The notes under the pieces: generated by a model | The model's input: the letters and a program-made list of their open reading frames with translations, nothing else | Told to the model about the DNA's origin: nothing | The model's database searches: none | In this document: one piece after another, positions 30,250 to 42,048 of the stretch | How positions within the stretch are numbered: position 1 is the stretch's first letter | How the letters are laid out: each line of letters starts with the position of its first letter | NCBI GenBank assembly: GCA_000165425.1 | Contig: CT868341.1 | Coordinates: 186,001 to 250,000, forward strand | Reading direction: 5' to 3' | DNA from: Paramecium tetraurelia | Taxonomy: Eukaryota | Length of the DNA: 64,000 bases | Position numbers and translations under genes: made by a program

Positions 30250-31950
30250 TATAAATCCAAGAACAGACCTCATAATATTTACAATTGAACGATCTCTCTT
30301 AGCTTGTAATCTTTTAATATTAAGAGTTTATTAGATGATGTAAAACCTTGAATTTATTGATAAAACTGTATTTTCTTATCACTAAGAATTAGATTAAACT
30401 AATTATCTATATTTAGAATAGAAGGAACTCAAACAAATAAATAAATATAGATTGCCATTATTAAATGAAATAGTATCATTTTATTTGTTGCGTCGTCAAA
30501 ATCAATTTTTCATATTTTAATTATTCAAGAACAACTATTTGGTCGATCTTTAAGCATTAGGTTCATATTAACTGAAACAATTTATGAGCAACCCTTCTTT
30601 GCTCCTAATATTGATATTCTTGATCTCTATTTAGAAAAGATTCAAAAATAAGAAACCGCTAAGGACTAATCACCACATAAATAGAGGGAATCCCCCAAAA
30701 ATCCAATTACGTAGCAGCCAATGTTATAAAATATTAAGAAGTTCATAAAGAGGTTAAAGTCTCAAGAATAAATTCTGATGAAAAGGCAAATCAACCTAAG
30801 GAAATAATTTCAAAGCATACAACTGAGTATGAATAACTCATAGGATAAGCTAAAGTTTTGCTCTTAAAATGAAGGCCACTAAATATGAAGAAGTACTTCA
30901 AAATTGCCTCCTTTGCAATTATTGCTGCTATAAGAGTCAAGAAATCTTTATTTTATTCTCTTTGGAGGAAGTATTAAATGCAACTAAAGAACATTATTTT
31001 TTTTCCTCAAATTAGAGTTGGAATTGTGTTAAAAATTTGTAGAATTCAATTTATATTGGCATAATGTGAAGTAAGATAATTAATTTATTTACTAATACAA
31101 AAAGAAAGAATTAATGCTTGGTGTTAAGCTGTTTGTGCTAAATCACTCACTCACTTCAGTAAACAGTAATTACACAATATTATCGATTTTCCAAAAGACA
31201 AAGAAAAAGGTAGATTGCTCCATGATGAAAACAATTAATTCGCTATAGTTTATATTAGAAAACTTGGCCTACTTCTAATAATCAAAATACTTTTGTGAAG
31301 AGTTAAAATATTATATAACTACATCACAAGAGATTTTGTCAGAATTACATAAATCCATCTAGAGCTCTTTAATTCTTTTGATATAATTTCTTTGCAATTT
31401 CTATATTTATTAAGTTAAGTATTTTAGTTGCAGAATTTTTATATCAAAACTATAGATCACAAAGCTTCTTATTCAAAATTTGTGTGAAAAGAACATAATA
31501 TTTGCACACAATAAATTGATAAATAAAACAGGAGGATTTAACTAGTTGATTAAATTTTATTAAATATTTTTACTCAAATTAAAAGTGTGTATTTTCACTC
31601 AAATTTATAACAACTCTGCTCTAATATTTGTTTATCAATAAATTCGATTTACTAAAATAAAAAAAGAATAAAATCCAAAAATTTAATACTCGTTGAATTA
31701 TATCTTTAGAAAACATAATGAAATTTGATTTTATGCCAACTCCATTAAACAATGATGTCCTTATAGTAGAACTTTATAGAGGGATGAAAAAATCAAAGGG
31801 CTTTTGAATTATTAGAATTTTGAGAGAATTTGTTGTAATTTTTACACTACGATCTTGGAATGAAATACATGTTTAAATTTTCCAGTTTATGCTTTAATTA
31901 ATTTTATAAGTTAGGATTGAACCAGACATCCTAATTTATACACACACCTG
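30250..31950 (+). pseudogene. Degenerate gene remnant, possibly related to the 27955-29558 protein
   Basis: Coding-like segments in shifting frames with TGAs; KYFKIASFAIIAAIRVKK resembles the basic-hydrophobic motif of the upstream gene; boundaries approximate. Confidence 0.4.
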
Positions 31951-32165
31951 ATAGTTTCATACAAAAATCGTAAAACATTTTATTCTAATTTTATATAGAT
32001 TGGAATATTAAAATTTAAAAATTATTATTGTGTTCTTTACTATTATTGCATTAATGTATTAAGAATCAAAATAATTATAATCTAAATGTATTATTACTAA
32101 ATTTACATTTATTTTATTCAGAATATGAGAATATAAATTATATATTTATATATTAAATATCTAAA

Positions 32166-33469
32166 ATGAATTTATTTTGAGGACATAATTATACTTCAGC
32201 GAATAAAAGTATACTACCTTAATTGAAAACAACATCGATAACCCCAAGGTTTTTGATTCTTGTGTTTTTTTAAATCAAGAGATATTACAATCTAAAAGCA
32301 ATCTGATTATTATATTAATTAAAAGTAAATTAGACTTTATAGATAGATCTTTTATCATTTTTAAGGTATAAATTGTTCTTAATCAAAATAAGAGCTAATA
32401 TAACAAAGAAACATTTCAGTTTTACATAAACGTGACATTTGAATACTAGCATATTCAAACAGTTTCTTTATTTTGGTATTTAGCCTGTGTGTATATGATT
32501 TTCGCAATTATTAATTAACAATAATATAAATGTCAACAAATTTAACAAATAATGAGAATCATCACTAGGAATTGGTGTCGGATCAATAATAAGAAAATAT
32601 ACATTAAGCTAGATAAATATAATTTTAAGAGGCTTTAGAGCAAAGTTTGAGAAGCTATGTGCAATATACTGAATAGCAAAATCAACTTCGATTTATTTAT
32701 GTCTTAATAATAGTGCTAGCTATATATTAAATAGTAGAAGTCATTCTATGTATAATCTCTCTTTGTTTAATCTAGAGAAGCCAATAATTATTCTACATTA
32801 GCATAATCTAATTATCAATTAATGGAATTTCTTTAATACCCTCTTTATATTATTTAAAACTATTTCATTAAAATGAAATTGAATATTTAGAAGGATTGCT
32901 ATGGTTTTAATATGATATAGAATAAAGGCCTGATTATGAGATTAAGTAGATATTGCAAAAGTCTCATTGCTTTTGCTTTTATTTAAAGATTCTAACTATT
33001 TTCTTATAACTTTGTATATTAGTATTGATTATTGTGGGGTAAACAAAATACAAAAGTTCGATTTAAGAATAACGTATTAAAATTATATATGACAGCTTTA
33101 ATAATTGGTTTGTCTTTGCAATTTATGAGCATAGCTAGAATCTTGGTTATATTCTTTGGAATAATATTGGCCATCGTTACAATTATTTCGAAAAGATTAT
33201 ACAATCAGATCTACATGTAAATAGCTAATCTTCAAGAATTAGAGTATGAATAATTTTCACCATTAAACAAATATGAAATTTAAATAGTAGAAGAGATTGA
33301 ACTTTCTCAACTATCTTAAATCTAATGTAACATTTGTCTTCACAATTTCGAAATCCAAGAGGAGTACTACAAGTTGAAATGTCATCAATTGCATATGTTT
33401 CATAAGCAGTGTTTATTGGAGTGGGTATTAGTAAATTAATCCTGTCCAACTTGTAGGTCTGCCATTTGA
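32166..33469 (+). CDS. Membrane RING-H2 E3 ubiquitin ligase-like gene; 5' part unresolved or disrupted
   Basis: C-terminal CNICLHNFEIQEEYYKLKCHQLHMFHKQCLLEWVLVNQSCPTCRSAI* is a clear RING-H2 preceded by hydrophobic segments; upstream of about 33030 the frames contain TGAs I could not splice out, so the start is a guess. Confidence 0.6.
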
Positions 33470-33580
33470 TATTATAACATTATAATTTTAAAAATTAATA
33501 CAATATAATACTTTACATCAATAATGTTAGTAGTAAATTACACAATTAGATAAATAATAATGCAAAAAAATCACAATTAT

Positions 33581-35007
33581 TCATATTTAAGAAAACGAAA
33601 TAATGTCTTACATATGTTTTGCTATGCAAAGATGTTTTGAATCTTGATATTTAGAAAGAAACTCTTTTATAGATCCTCCTTATCTTAGAAATTCCAATGT
33701 TTGGACAGTTTCTTCTTTTCCAATAGTTTCAATGCACTATTCCATTTTCATTTTAATAAGATTTTTCAACATATCTTCTGGTTTAAGTTCCGCATCTAAA
33801 TTATTCGCTTTAAAAAATTAATCACTTTAGTATGCTTTATGAATAGGAGATTTTACTTTCCTATTCCTATAAACAGCTAAATTGTACTTACCAAAAAGGT
33901 TATTAGTTTTTAACGCGGGATTTGATTGAGTCATATTTGTTTAAGAGGACAAAGGTCTTAGACTCATTATTTCATCTTATTATCTTTGAAGATTTGATTT
34001 GTATATTGCTTTCGTATTTTAAACCTTTGTTTCTATAATTATTGATTAATGGATTTATTTGATCTCTTAAGTGTGGGCAGTGTAATTGGATTACCGTTCT
34101 TTATTTTCAGTCTCATTTTTTGGAATACCAATACTAATTAGTTATTCATTTGATGATTAAATATTGCACCATGTGTCAAAGATACTTTATTATTCAAATG
34201 TAAATGTCATGTACTTTTGGCTGAGTAGAAATTTATAATTTTCATTATGAACTAATTGACGGATATCGAGTCGCTCTGATTCTTGGAGTTCAAGGCAGTT
34301 TTTAATAATAAATCGAAGTTATTTTGAATAAAACTACGGCAATTTTACAATTCTTATATGATAATTACAATTACGCTCCTCCATTATGAATGACAGCCTT
34401 TATTTATTCAATTAGTTCAAATTTAAAAAGGGGTCTCTGTGTAGTCAACTCATATAAGATCAGTCCGAATTAATACATCACCGATTTGTATGAATACTTA
34501 TTGTGAAACAATAATTCTGGAGGCCTATAACTTGGTTTTTAAAGCTAAATCAAATTGTCTATTCCAAAATCAGCAAGTCTAACTTAGTCTTAATGTATCA
34601 AAATATTTTCAGGATTTAATCCCTTGTAACATATTTGATTTTCTCTTAGGTATATTAAAACAAAGGTCAGTTGAATCAGAATTTTACAAATTACTCTCTC
34701 TTGAATATTAACACCTTAATGATGTCCGATGAATTGTTTCAGATTTCCTTGATCTGCATATTCCATAATTACAATTACATTTTCATCTAAAAGAAAAGCT
34801 TCCTTTATTTTAATAACAAAAGGAATTTAACATTGTTTGATTAATTAGATTTCATTTAAACCTAAGGAAAACGACTTAAGTACCTTAATTACGGAAACCC
34901 ATGAATTCTTTCATTGCATAAATATTATTATCTTTGACATCTCTAACCTTATGAATTACAGTCGTTTTTGATTCATACAACTTCTCTAATAGTTCGTAAT
35001 TTTGCAT
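33581..35007 (-). CDS. NEK-like protein kinase-fold protein, predicted pseudokinase
   Basis: YAMK, IVIMEYADQGNLKQFI, DFG and YRPPE present, but the catalytic loop reads CYKGLNPENIL (no HRD Asp) and the Gly loop reads LYESKTTV. Confidence 0.85.
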
Positions 35008-35069
35008 CGATAAATTAAATAAAAAAATATAATAACAATTATTATATAAAATAGAATTTATAATTTTCA

Positions 35070-36687
35070 TCATTCTAATACTTCGGAGACCAAAGGACAT
35101 GAAGTTATCTTAGCATATTTCGATCCAGAAAGAGGATCGTATTCAATCAATTAACGAGAATCAAAAACTGTTTTCTAGGAATTTTATTGAAAGAATGTTA
35201 AATTCCATATCAATTAGCATTTTCTATTAATTTTAGGCATTTAAATATTATTTTTATCTTCTTCCTCACTTTTTTCATTATTAACTTCTTCATCTTCACA
35301 CATTTCTTCATTAAATTATAGTGATCTTAATGATGGATGAATATTATTATCGACATCTCTAAAATAAGGATGATTTAAGGCATCAAAAGCACTTATTCTA
35401 TTTATTGGATTCTTCAATAACATTTTTTGTAAAAGATTCTAAATAATACCAGAAAATACAAGTGAATATTCAGTGATATAATCTTAGTCTATACGAAGAT
35501 TGAAATCAATTTATCCTTTTCTGTTGTTTTTAAGTACTTCATCAAAGGTTTCCCCTTTGAAAACATTCTTTCCAGTCAAAAGTTTATAAAAGATACATCC
35601 ACAACTAAATATATCCACTTTAGTTGAATATTAGTTAGCAGTCTTTACATTAAATATCTCTGGTGCCACATAACCAGGTGTTCCACACTTTGGGTAAAAC
35701 AACCTTTAGGATAGCATCAAACATACATTTCAAAAGATTCATATGTTGCCAACCCAAAGTCTACTAGAATCAAAGAGGAATTATCTCCTTCTACTTTAAA
35801 CATCAGATTTTCTGGTTTTAAGTCTCTATGTATTATCTAATATTGAAAATGAAACTAATACTTTATGTGAATGAAGAGTTGCAAGATTGATTAATAATTT
35901 CTTCAAAATGATCTTTACTTCTATGCTTGAAAATCTATTTTAATTTGTTGTCTAATATGTATGTCGATATTTTTGATACTTTCAATCTTTCAAATTCTTC
36001 AATAAGATTAGGGCCTTCTAAAAAGGCTGTGACTAAACATTGCATATCTTCTCCTTCATAGATTTCTTTTAAGGTTATAAAATTATCAGGATATTTGGCC
36101 AATAATTTTAAAATAGATACCTCCATCTTAAAAGCTGCCTTGAATTATAGAATATGTAACTCTTACTTAATTTTAGTCTAACTGTGATTTCAGCTATTTT
36201 TTTGGAATTGATTTTATTGCATAAATCTTTTATTCTATTGTATGTACTGCACTGAATACTTTTCCAGTGCTCCCTTGCCCTATTAATTAAAATTATTAGT
36301 AAATCGAATTCATATTTTCAAAGGTTACTTTAAGATTTGTAAATTCTTTTAATCTAAACGATGATATAGATTATATAGTACCTTTACAGATCATCATTAC
36401 TCCCAAATAATGGTTTTGCACTTTTTTTATAAGGAAAATAAAAGCTTTCTATAATCCAACCTTGCTTAGTTTTTTTTAATGTCCATCTAAATTTAATGTT
36501 GATTTCTAATCTGATTTTGTATTTAGGGTTTTATGAGTTTGGAATCTAGCAACATATATTTTATATTTACAATCCCCATTAATAAGGAATCATCAAAAAC
36601 ATAAACATAATACTTCTTATCTTTAAAAAGATGTTTTCTTGTTCCAATAAAGGAAAATCGAACTTGTGAATAATCGATTTTATCCAT
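35070..36687 (-). CDS. PH-like domain + CAMK-type Ser/Thr protein kinase
   Basis: N-terminal PH-like region (RKHLFKDKKYYVYVFDD), IGQGSTGKV, YAIK, IHRDLKPEN, VDFGLA, KCGTPGYVAPE; many tiny introns. Confidence 0.9.
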
Positions 36688-37205
36688 ATTTAAATGAAAT
36701 AATTGATTTAAGAATAAATAATATATAAATAAAGTTTTGGCATTATTATAATGTAAATGAATTGGTAAATATAATGAATATTAAAAATTCAGGATTATTT
36801 AAAGTATTTTTATTTTGAAACTAATGAAAGTTAAATCAAATATATCAATTTAATTTCAAGATTTATTTTCTCCTTTCCAAGATTTTAATTGTCTTTATGA
36901 AACATAAAAAATAGAATTTGAGAACTTATAACAAATTTATAAATCATTATGTATCTTAGCGACATCGCATATATTTATAAGTATTACTAAACACAGACAT
37001 ACAAATTTTATATGGAATTTTATAATGAAATATCACTTAATTAAAAAGAGCAATAGAATATTTAATTATTATTCCAATATAATAGGAAAATCATTACAAT
37101 CTAGAATTCAGGGAGTATATTAATGTAATTGTTATAACAGTTATTCTCATTAGCTAAGGTGTCTTTAAGATGATTATATATATGATAAAAAATTCTTATA
37201 AAAAT

Positions 37206-39164
37206 TCATTTATTGCTCAGATTTTAAAATGCCAAATTAATTTAATCAGTAAATTATATAAAATAATCATCTATTTGTTATTTTGATGATTTTGGATCCT
37301 TAAATATGTTTAAGATAATACCAAGAATTTCATTCTAGATAAATTTGTAAATTCGCACCAGGTTTAATTTTATAATTCATCCCATTTAAGTGACCCATCC
37401 TCTGAAAGAGAACTTTTAGCACATTCATAAAATAAAACTATGCATCTCATCATACCTATAGTTTTTAAAAGAGGACAATTATAATCGTAATCACAATAGA
37501 AATTTTAGAATAAGAAATCTTCTCTGATGATTTTTGCAATCTAAAATTATATATAATATATTACTTCCATGGTAAGTGTTTAATCTATTGAAAGCTATTC
37601 TGGTTTAACATCTGCAGTCACTTCTGAAAGGATTGACTATTCTTTTAAGATATTTTTGAGCTTATTTCTTAATTACAAAAAGTCTGGATCAATTTCATTA
37701 AAATAAGGATCTGAATTCTAATCAGAATATGAAATTTCCCAATTAACAGCAGGAAAATGCTTTTTTATTTTCAATTAATAATCCAATCCCCAAAATACCT
37801 TTGTGTTCATTAGAGTGGCAATTGTTATAGGATCTTTAAAATCCTAAAATAAATAAGAATAATGTACTTCTGTTGAGACAACACCAAAAAGAGTAATAGA
37901 CCCTTCTCTATTAGGCGAGCCTCTACATTTGACTCTCCCAGCTCTTTGATAAATTGGAGATAATTTGGATGCCAAAAAAGTAGGATATTCTTATTCTTAC
38001 AATATTTCACCTATCCTATTTGAAATTTCAGTTTAGGTTTCAACCCATTTAGAAGTCTAGTCAGCTATCAAGCCAACATTATAACCCATATCTCTAAAGT
38101 ATTCAGCAAAAGTTGTTCCAGCATAGAGAGAAGCATATCTTTTGCCTAATGATTTTTAAGATGGATTTGCAACCAAACAGGTACGCTAATTTACGGATTC
38201 CTCTTTATCTTTCAATTCAATTTTTAATTCTGGATATTCACTAAGCACGGAAGCCATTTCATTTCCACTTTCAGCACATCCTATGTATATCATACATTAA
38301 GTATTTGATTATTTAGTTAAGGCTAAAGAGATCTCAAGATATCCACATTCAGCTGGTCCTGAAATACAACAAGTCTCTCCCAAAAATGCTGGAAAGAAGC
38401 CATCTAGTACTCTAATTCCTGTAATGATTGGTGTATTAATATCCAATTTCTCAAGAATAGGTCTGGGTTGTCTTACAGGCCAGACATGACTCATTCCATA
38501 TTGATATTTTTTTTCATTCAATTCTACTTCTAACACTTTATCTTGCAATGTATAATAGCCTGCAGGTGCAATATAAGTTACTCTTCCTTAAACACTAGGC
38601 GATGCCAAAATGTTATGTTCTTCAAAAACATTATTTTCAAAGACTGATCCATAAATATCACCTCCAGAAATTATTGAATCTATTTTAATAGTTGAAGATG
38701 GTTTGAATTCCCAAACTCTATCTTAATCTAATCCTAGAATATTAACATTCTTAGGTATATAGGATGAGGATAGTCCTTCTGTAATCTCTTATAACGGTCT
38801 TTGAATCCCATCAAAAATTTATGTAAAAATACCTAAATCAATAATATTTCCTACCTGGTCCTAATTCAACAGAAAGTGGACTCTTAGTTAATATTGTTGG
38901 ATCACCCACAGACAAACTAGCTGTTTAAATAAATTCATTTTTTAATACAAGTATCTTCATAACATTGAACATAAGCTTTATCGCCTTCCAATTTAATGAT
39001 TTCTCCAAGAAGTTTGTCCTATCCAATCTTTACTAATTCAAATAGTTCTGCATCTTTAATATTTTCTATAGCAACAACTATACCATTAACATATACTAAA
39101 TACATGATCCATCTATTTTAAATACTCTTCCTAAACTAGTCTCCTACTCTTAGAGATCTTCCAT
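37206..39164 (-). CDS. V-type H+-ATPase subunit A paralog, divergent, Walker A degenerate
   Basis: [77 protein letters not shown]-loop reads GPAECGYL; five small introns. Confidence 0.93.
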
Positions 39165-39628
39165 TTATTAAATACGTTATGTATTCATAGACATAATAAA
39201 ATTAATATTAAGTTATGATCATGATTCTAAATATAATATTTAATTGTTTTTTCTTTTATCATAAATAAATATAATTATAATTTTTCAATATTTATTATAT
39301 GTCATAAATTTATACAAATGCTCTTTTAACAGACTTGTTAGATTCCAATATATTTAATCCAATATAACCAGAAAGGTTATCGTCTTTAGAAAACACTTCA
39401 ATGTCTATGATTAGATTAGAAATTAATGAATAATGAATAATTGGGCGAAAATAAATAAATATTTATTTTAATTCGACCTCTTTACTTGCATTATATTAAG
39501 TATTGAAACAGGGTGTGAATCTATTTAATGGAGTAGGTTATTCTTACGTAATTGGGGGTGTATAAATTTGATTTATTAGTCAGGATATAATGAAAATTGA
39601 ATATGATTTTTTTTTTTATAAAATATTA

Positions 39629-41197
39629 ATGAATAACTCTTTATACTTTGTATCATCTGAAAGACAATCTTTTTGGAACAAAAATTTGAAGTCTTTGGTA
39701 AATTACGATTTTCATAAATTGTCCGAAGATTAATAAACAATAGTTTTATTTAAACAAGGATAGTTACTTAAGAGAACGACTCCAAGACGATATAAGATCT
39801 ATCATCAACACCTTTTTTATTTTCAGGTGGTAAGTGTTTTATATTTTATTAGTGATTTATTAAAGAATGGTGAGATTGGAGGCTTTCTAATTCTCAAAAA
39901 TGTATATTGTTCTTTTCGAAACAAAGAAAACTTATTAATAATCACATTGTCTCATGATCAATCCCAACTACAACTCTTTACTAGTAATAGAACAGAGGAA
40001 GTTGACAACTTTATGAATGAATTGAAGTTAAATTGCATATAGGAATAGACACTGACAAATTTTTACAAAATCAATGAAAAAATAGGTGAAGGAATAACCA
40101 GTGAAGTATGTTAAATTATCTAACTTATAAGGTGTTCCTAGGAAGCAATTAAGATAATTAAAAATTTGCAATAAAAAAAGTAGCAAAAGCACAACTTGGA
40201 CATAAAATGAGAGATAAACAAGCCAAGAGTCTGGCTGAAGAAATTTTCATTATGCGAAGTCTAGATTATTCTAACATCCCAAAATTATATGAAGTGTTTG
40301 AAAATGAAGGTATCTTTTTTAATTATAAATAAATAAGATTACATAGGGCTAGTAATGACACATTATGAAGGTGGTCAATTATAGGAAAAGCTGTAAAATC
40401 TCAATCTATCTCAGAAATAACAACTGGTTAAAAACCTATTAGAAACTATGAATTATGTTCACTCTTAATCAATTATGCATAGAGATTTGAAACCCCAAAA
40501 TATTATGTATAAAAATAAGGATCCAACAAGTGTAGACATTGCCATCATTGATTTTGGATTCGCTACAAATTAAAAATACTAAGAGCATGTACTTTATAAT
40601 TGTGGTACTCCTGGTTATGCAGCACCTGAAGTATAAGAATATAAAGAAAAATAAAAAATGTATGCAACCTAATGTGATGTTTACAGTTTGGGAATCATCA
40701 TTTATGAAATGTAATCTTACTTATAATCTAGCTTCTTTGGTGTTCATCCCTTTAGAAACTCTAATCCTGGAAGTCTTACTTTCAATGAAAAAGTAAAGGT
40801 TCCACAATCTCTTAAGAATCTCTTAATTTAAATGACAAGAATCTAACCTAAATAAAGATTTACATTGAAAGAATGTTTAGATTAAGATTTTTTTCGTGAG
40901 AATTTTGATTCTTAGGGTCTGGATGGGCTGTCTAAATACAGTTTGGTTGATTCAATCTATTAAAAATCTTTCATTATTTAAAGAAAGAATTCTATTGAGC
41001 ATTCTATAAAATAAGAGAAAATGAGTAAATTGGAATCTGCCAAAAATAAAACGATTAATTCTACTGCAGCAGAATCTAAGAATATATTACTAAAGAGTTA
41101 AAATCAATATGATCAATAATTCCAAGATGATCTCTAATTTAATGAATATCATAATTACCCAAATGACTTTAATAATCTTCTCTAGAAAAGAATATGA
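39629..41197 (+). CDS. PH-like domain + CAMK-type Ser/Thr protein kinase
   Basis: MNNSLYFVSSERQSFW..., PH-like segment, IGEGITSEV, FAIK, MHRDLKPQN, IDFGFA, NCGTPGYAAPE. Confidence 0.9.
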
Positions 41198-41562
41198 ATG
41201 AATTGTATATGATTATCTTATTGTTATTATTATTATTTACTAAATAAAAGTTGCATTCAGAATATCTGTAAATCCAATCTAAGTTATGAAATATTGATTT
41301 ATAGGTATCTATCCAAAAAAGATCAATCATATAAGTTGAATAAATAGTTTTCTCAATGTCTCTATAATAATTTGATTAACTGATATATGTATTATCAAAA
41401 ATATGAAGTTAATTCCTCAAGCAAAATTATATTTTATCTGGATTATTATCGGATTTAGATTTCTACTCTTTCATTATAAGGTAGGTCATATTTAGATATA
41501 TTTTATTCTAATTACATTAAATATAAAATAAAATATATACTTATAAGAAACAAAATGTTAAA

Positions 41563-42000
41563 TCATTATGAAATAAAAACTTTATTTGGTTTGAGGTTGT
41601 GAAATATGTATTCCATTTAATGTAAGTTATTATCAGAGTCATCCAAATTAAAGTACTTAAGAGGAGGTTTTTGATATTTGATTGACGGTTTCTTTTCTTT
41701 TTATTATTTTGCTAGAATATCTCGATTTCGTGATTCACTTATAATTTTATTAGAAATTTGATACTATTTATTGCTTTCTTGATATGGGTACTTATTAATT
41801 TTAGCAAATTTCTCTAAGTAATAAGTTTCATTCTTAATTTCATCCACACTTCGTCTTTCCATATACTTCATATATTGTACTCTAACAGGATTTGTATGTT
41901 TCAATCTGAAACTGGGATTCATGCGTATGGGCAGTCGATGTTGACTGTGATATTCAATGAAAGGCAACTTAAAGTCTGATTGAGATTGGGATTCTTACAT
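41563..42000 (-). CDS. Hypothetical protein (145 aa)
   Basis: Uninterrupted code-6 frame MQESQSQSDFKLPFIEY...KPNKVFISQ*. Confidence 0.7.
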
Positions 42001-42048
42001 TTAATAATAAATATTAAAATTAGATAAAATGAAGGAATCATAAAGATT

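Noticed and set aside
38250..38310. VMA1-type intein in the V-ATPase A gene
   Set aside because: The [10 protein letters not shown] insertion site is contiguous; no insertion.
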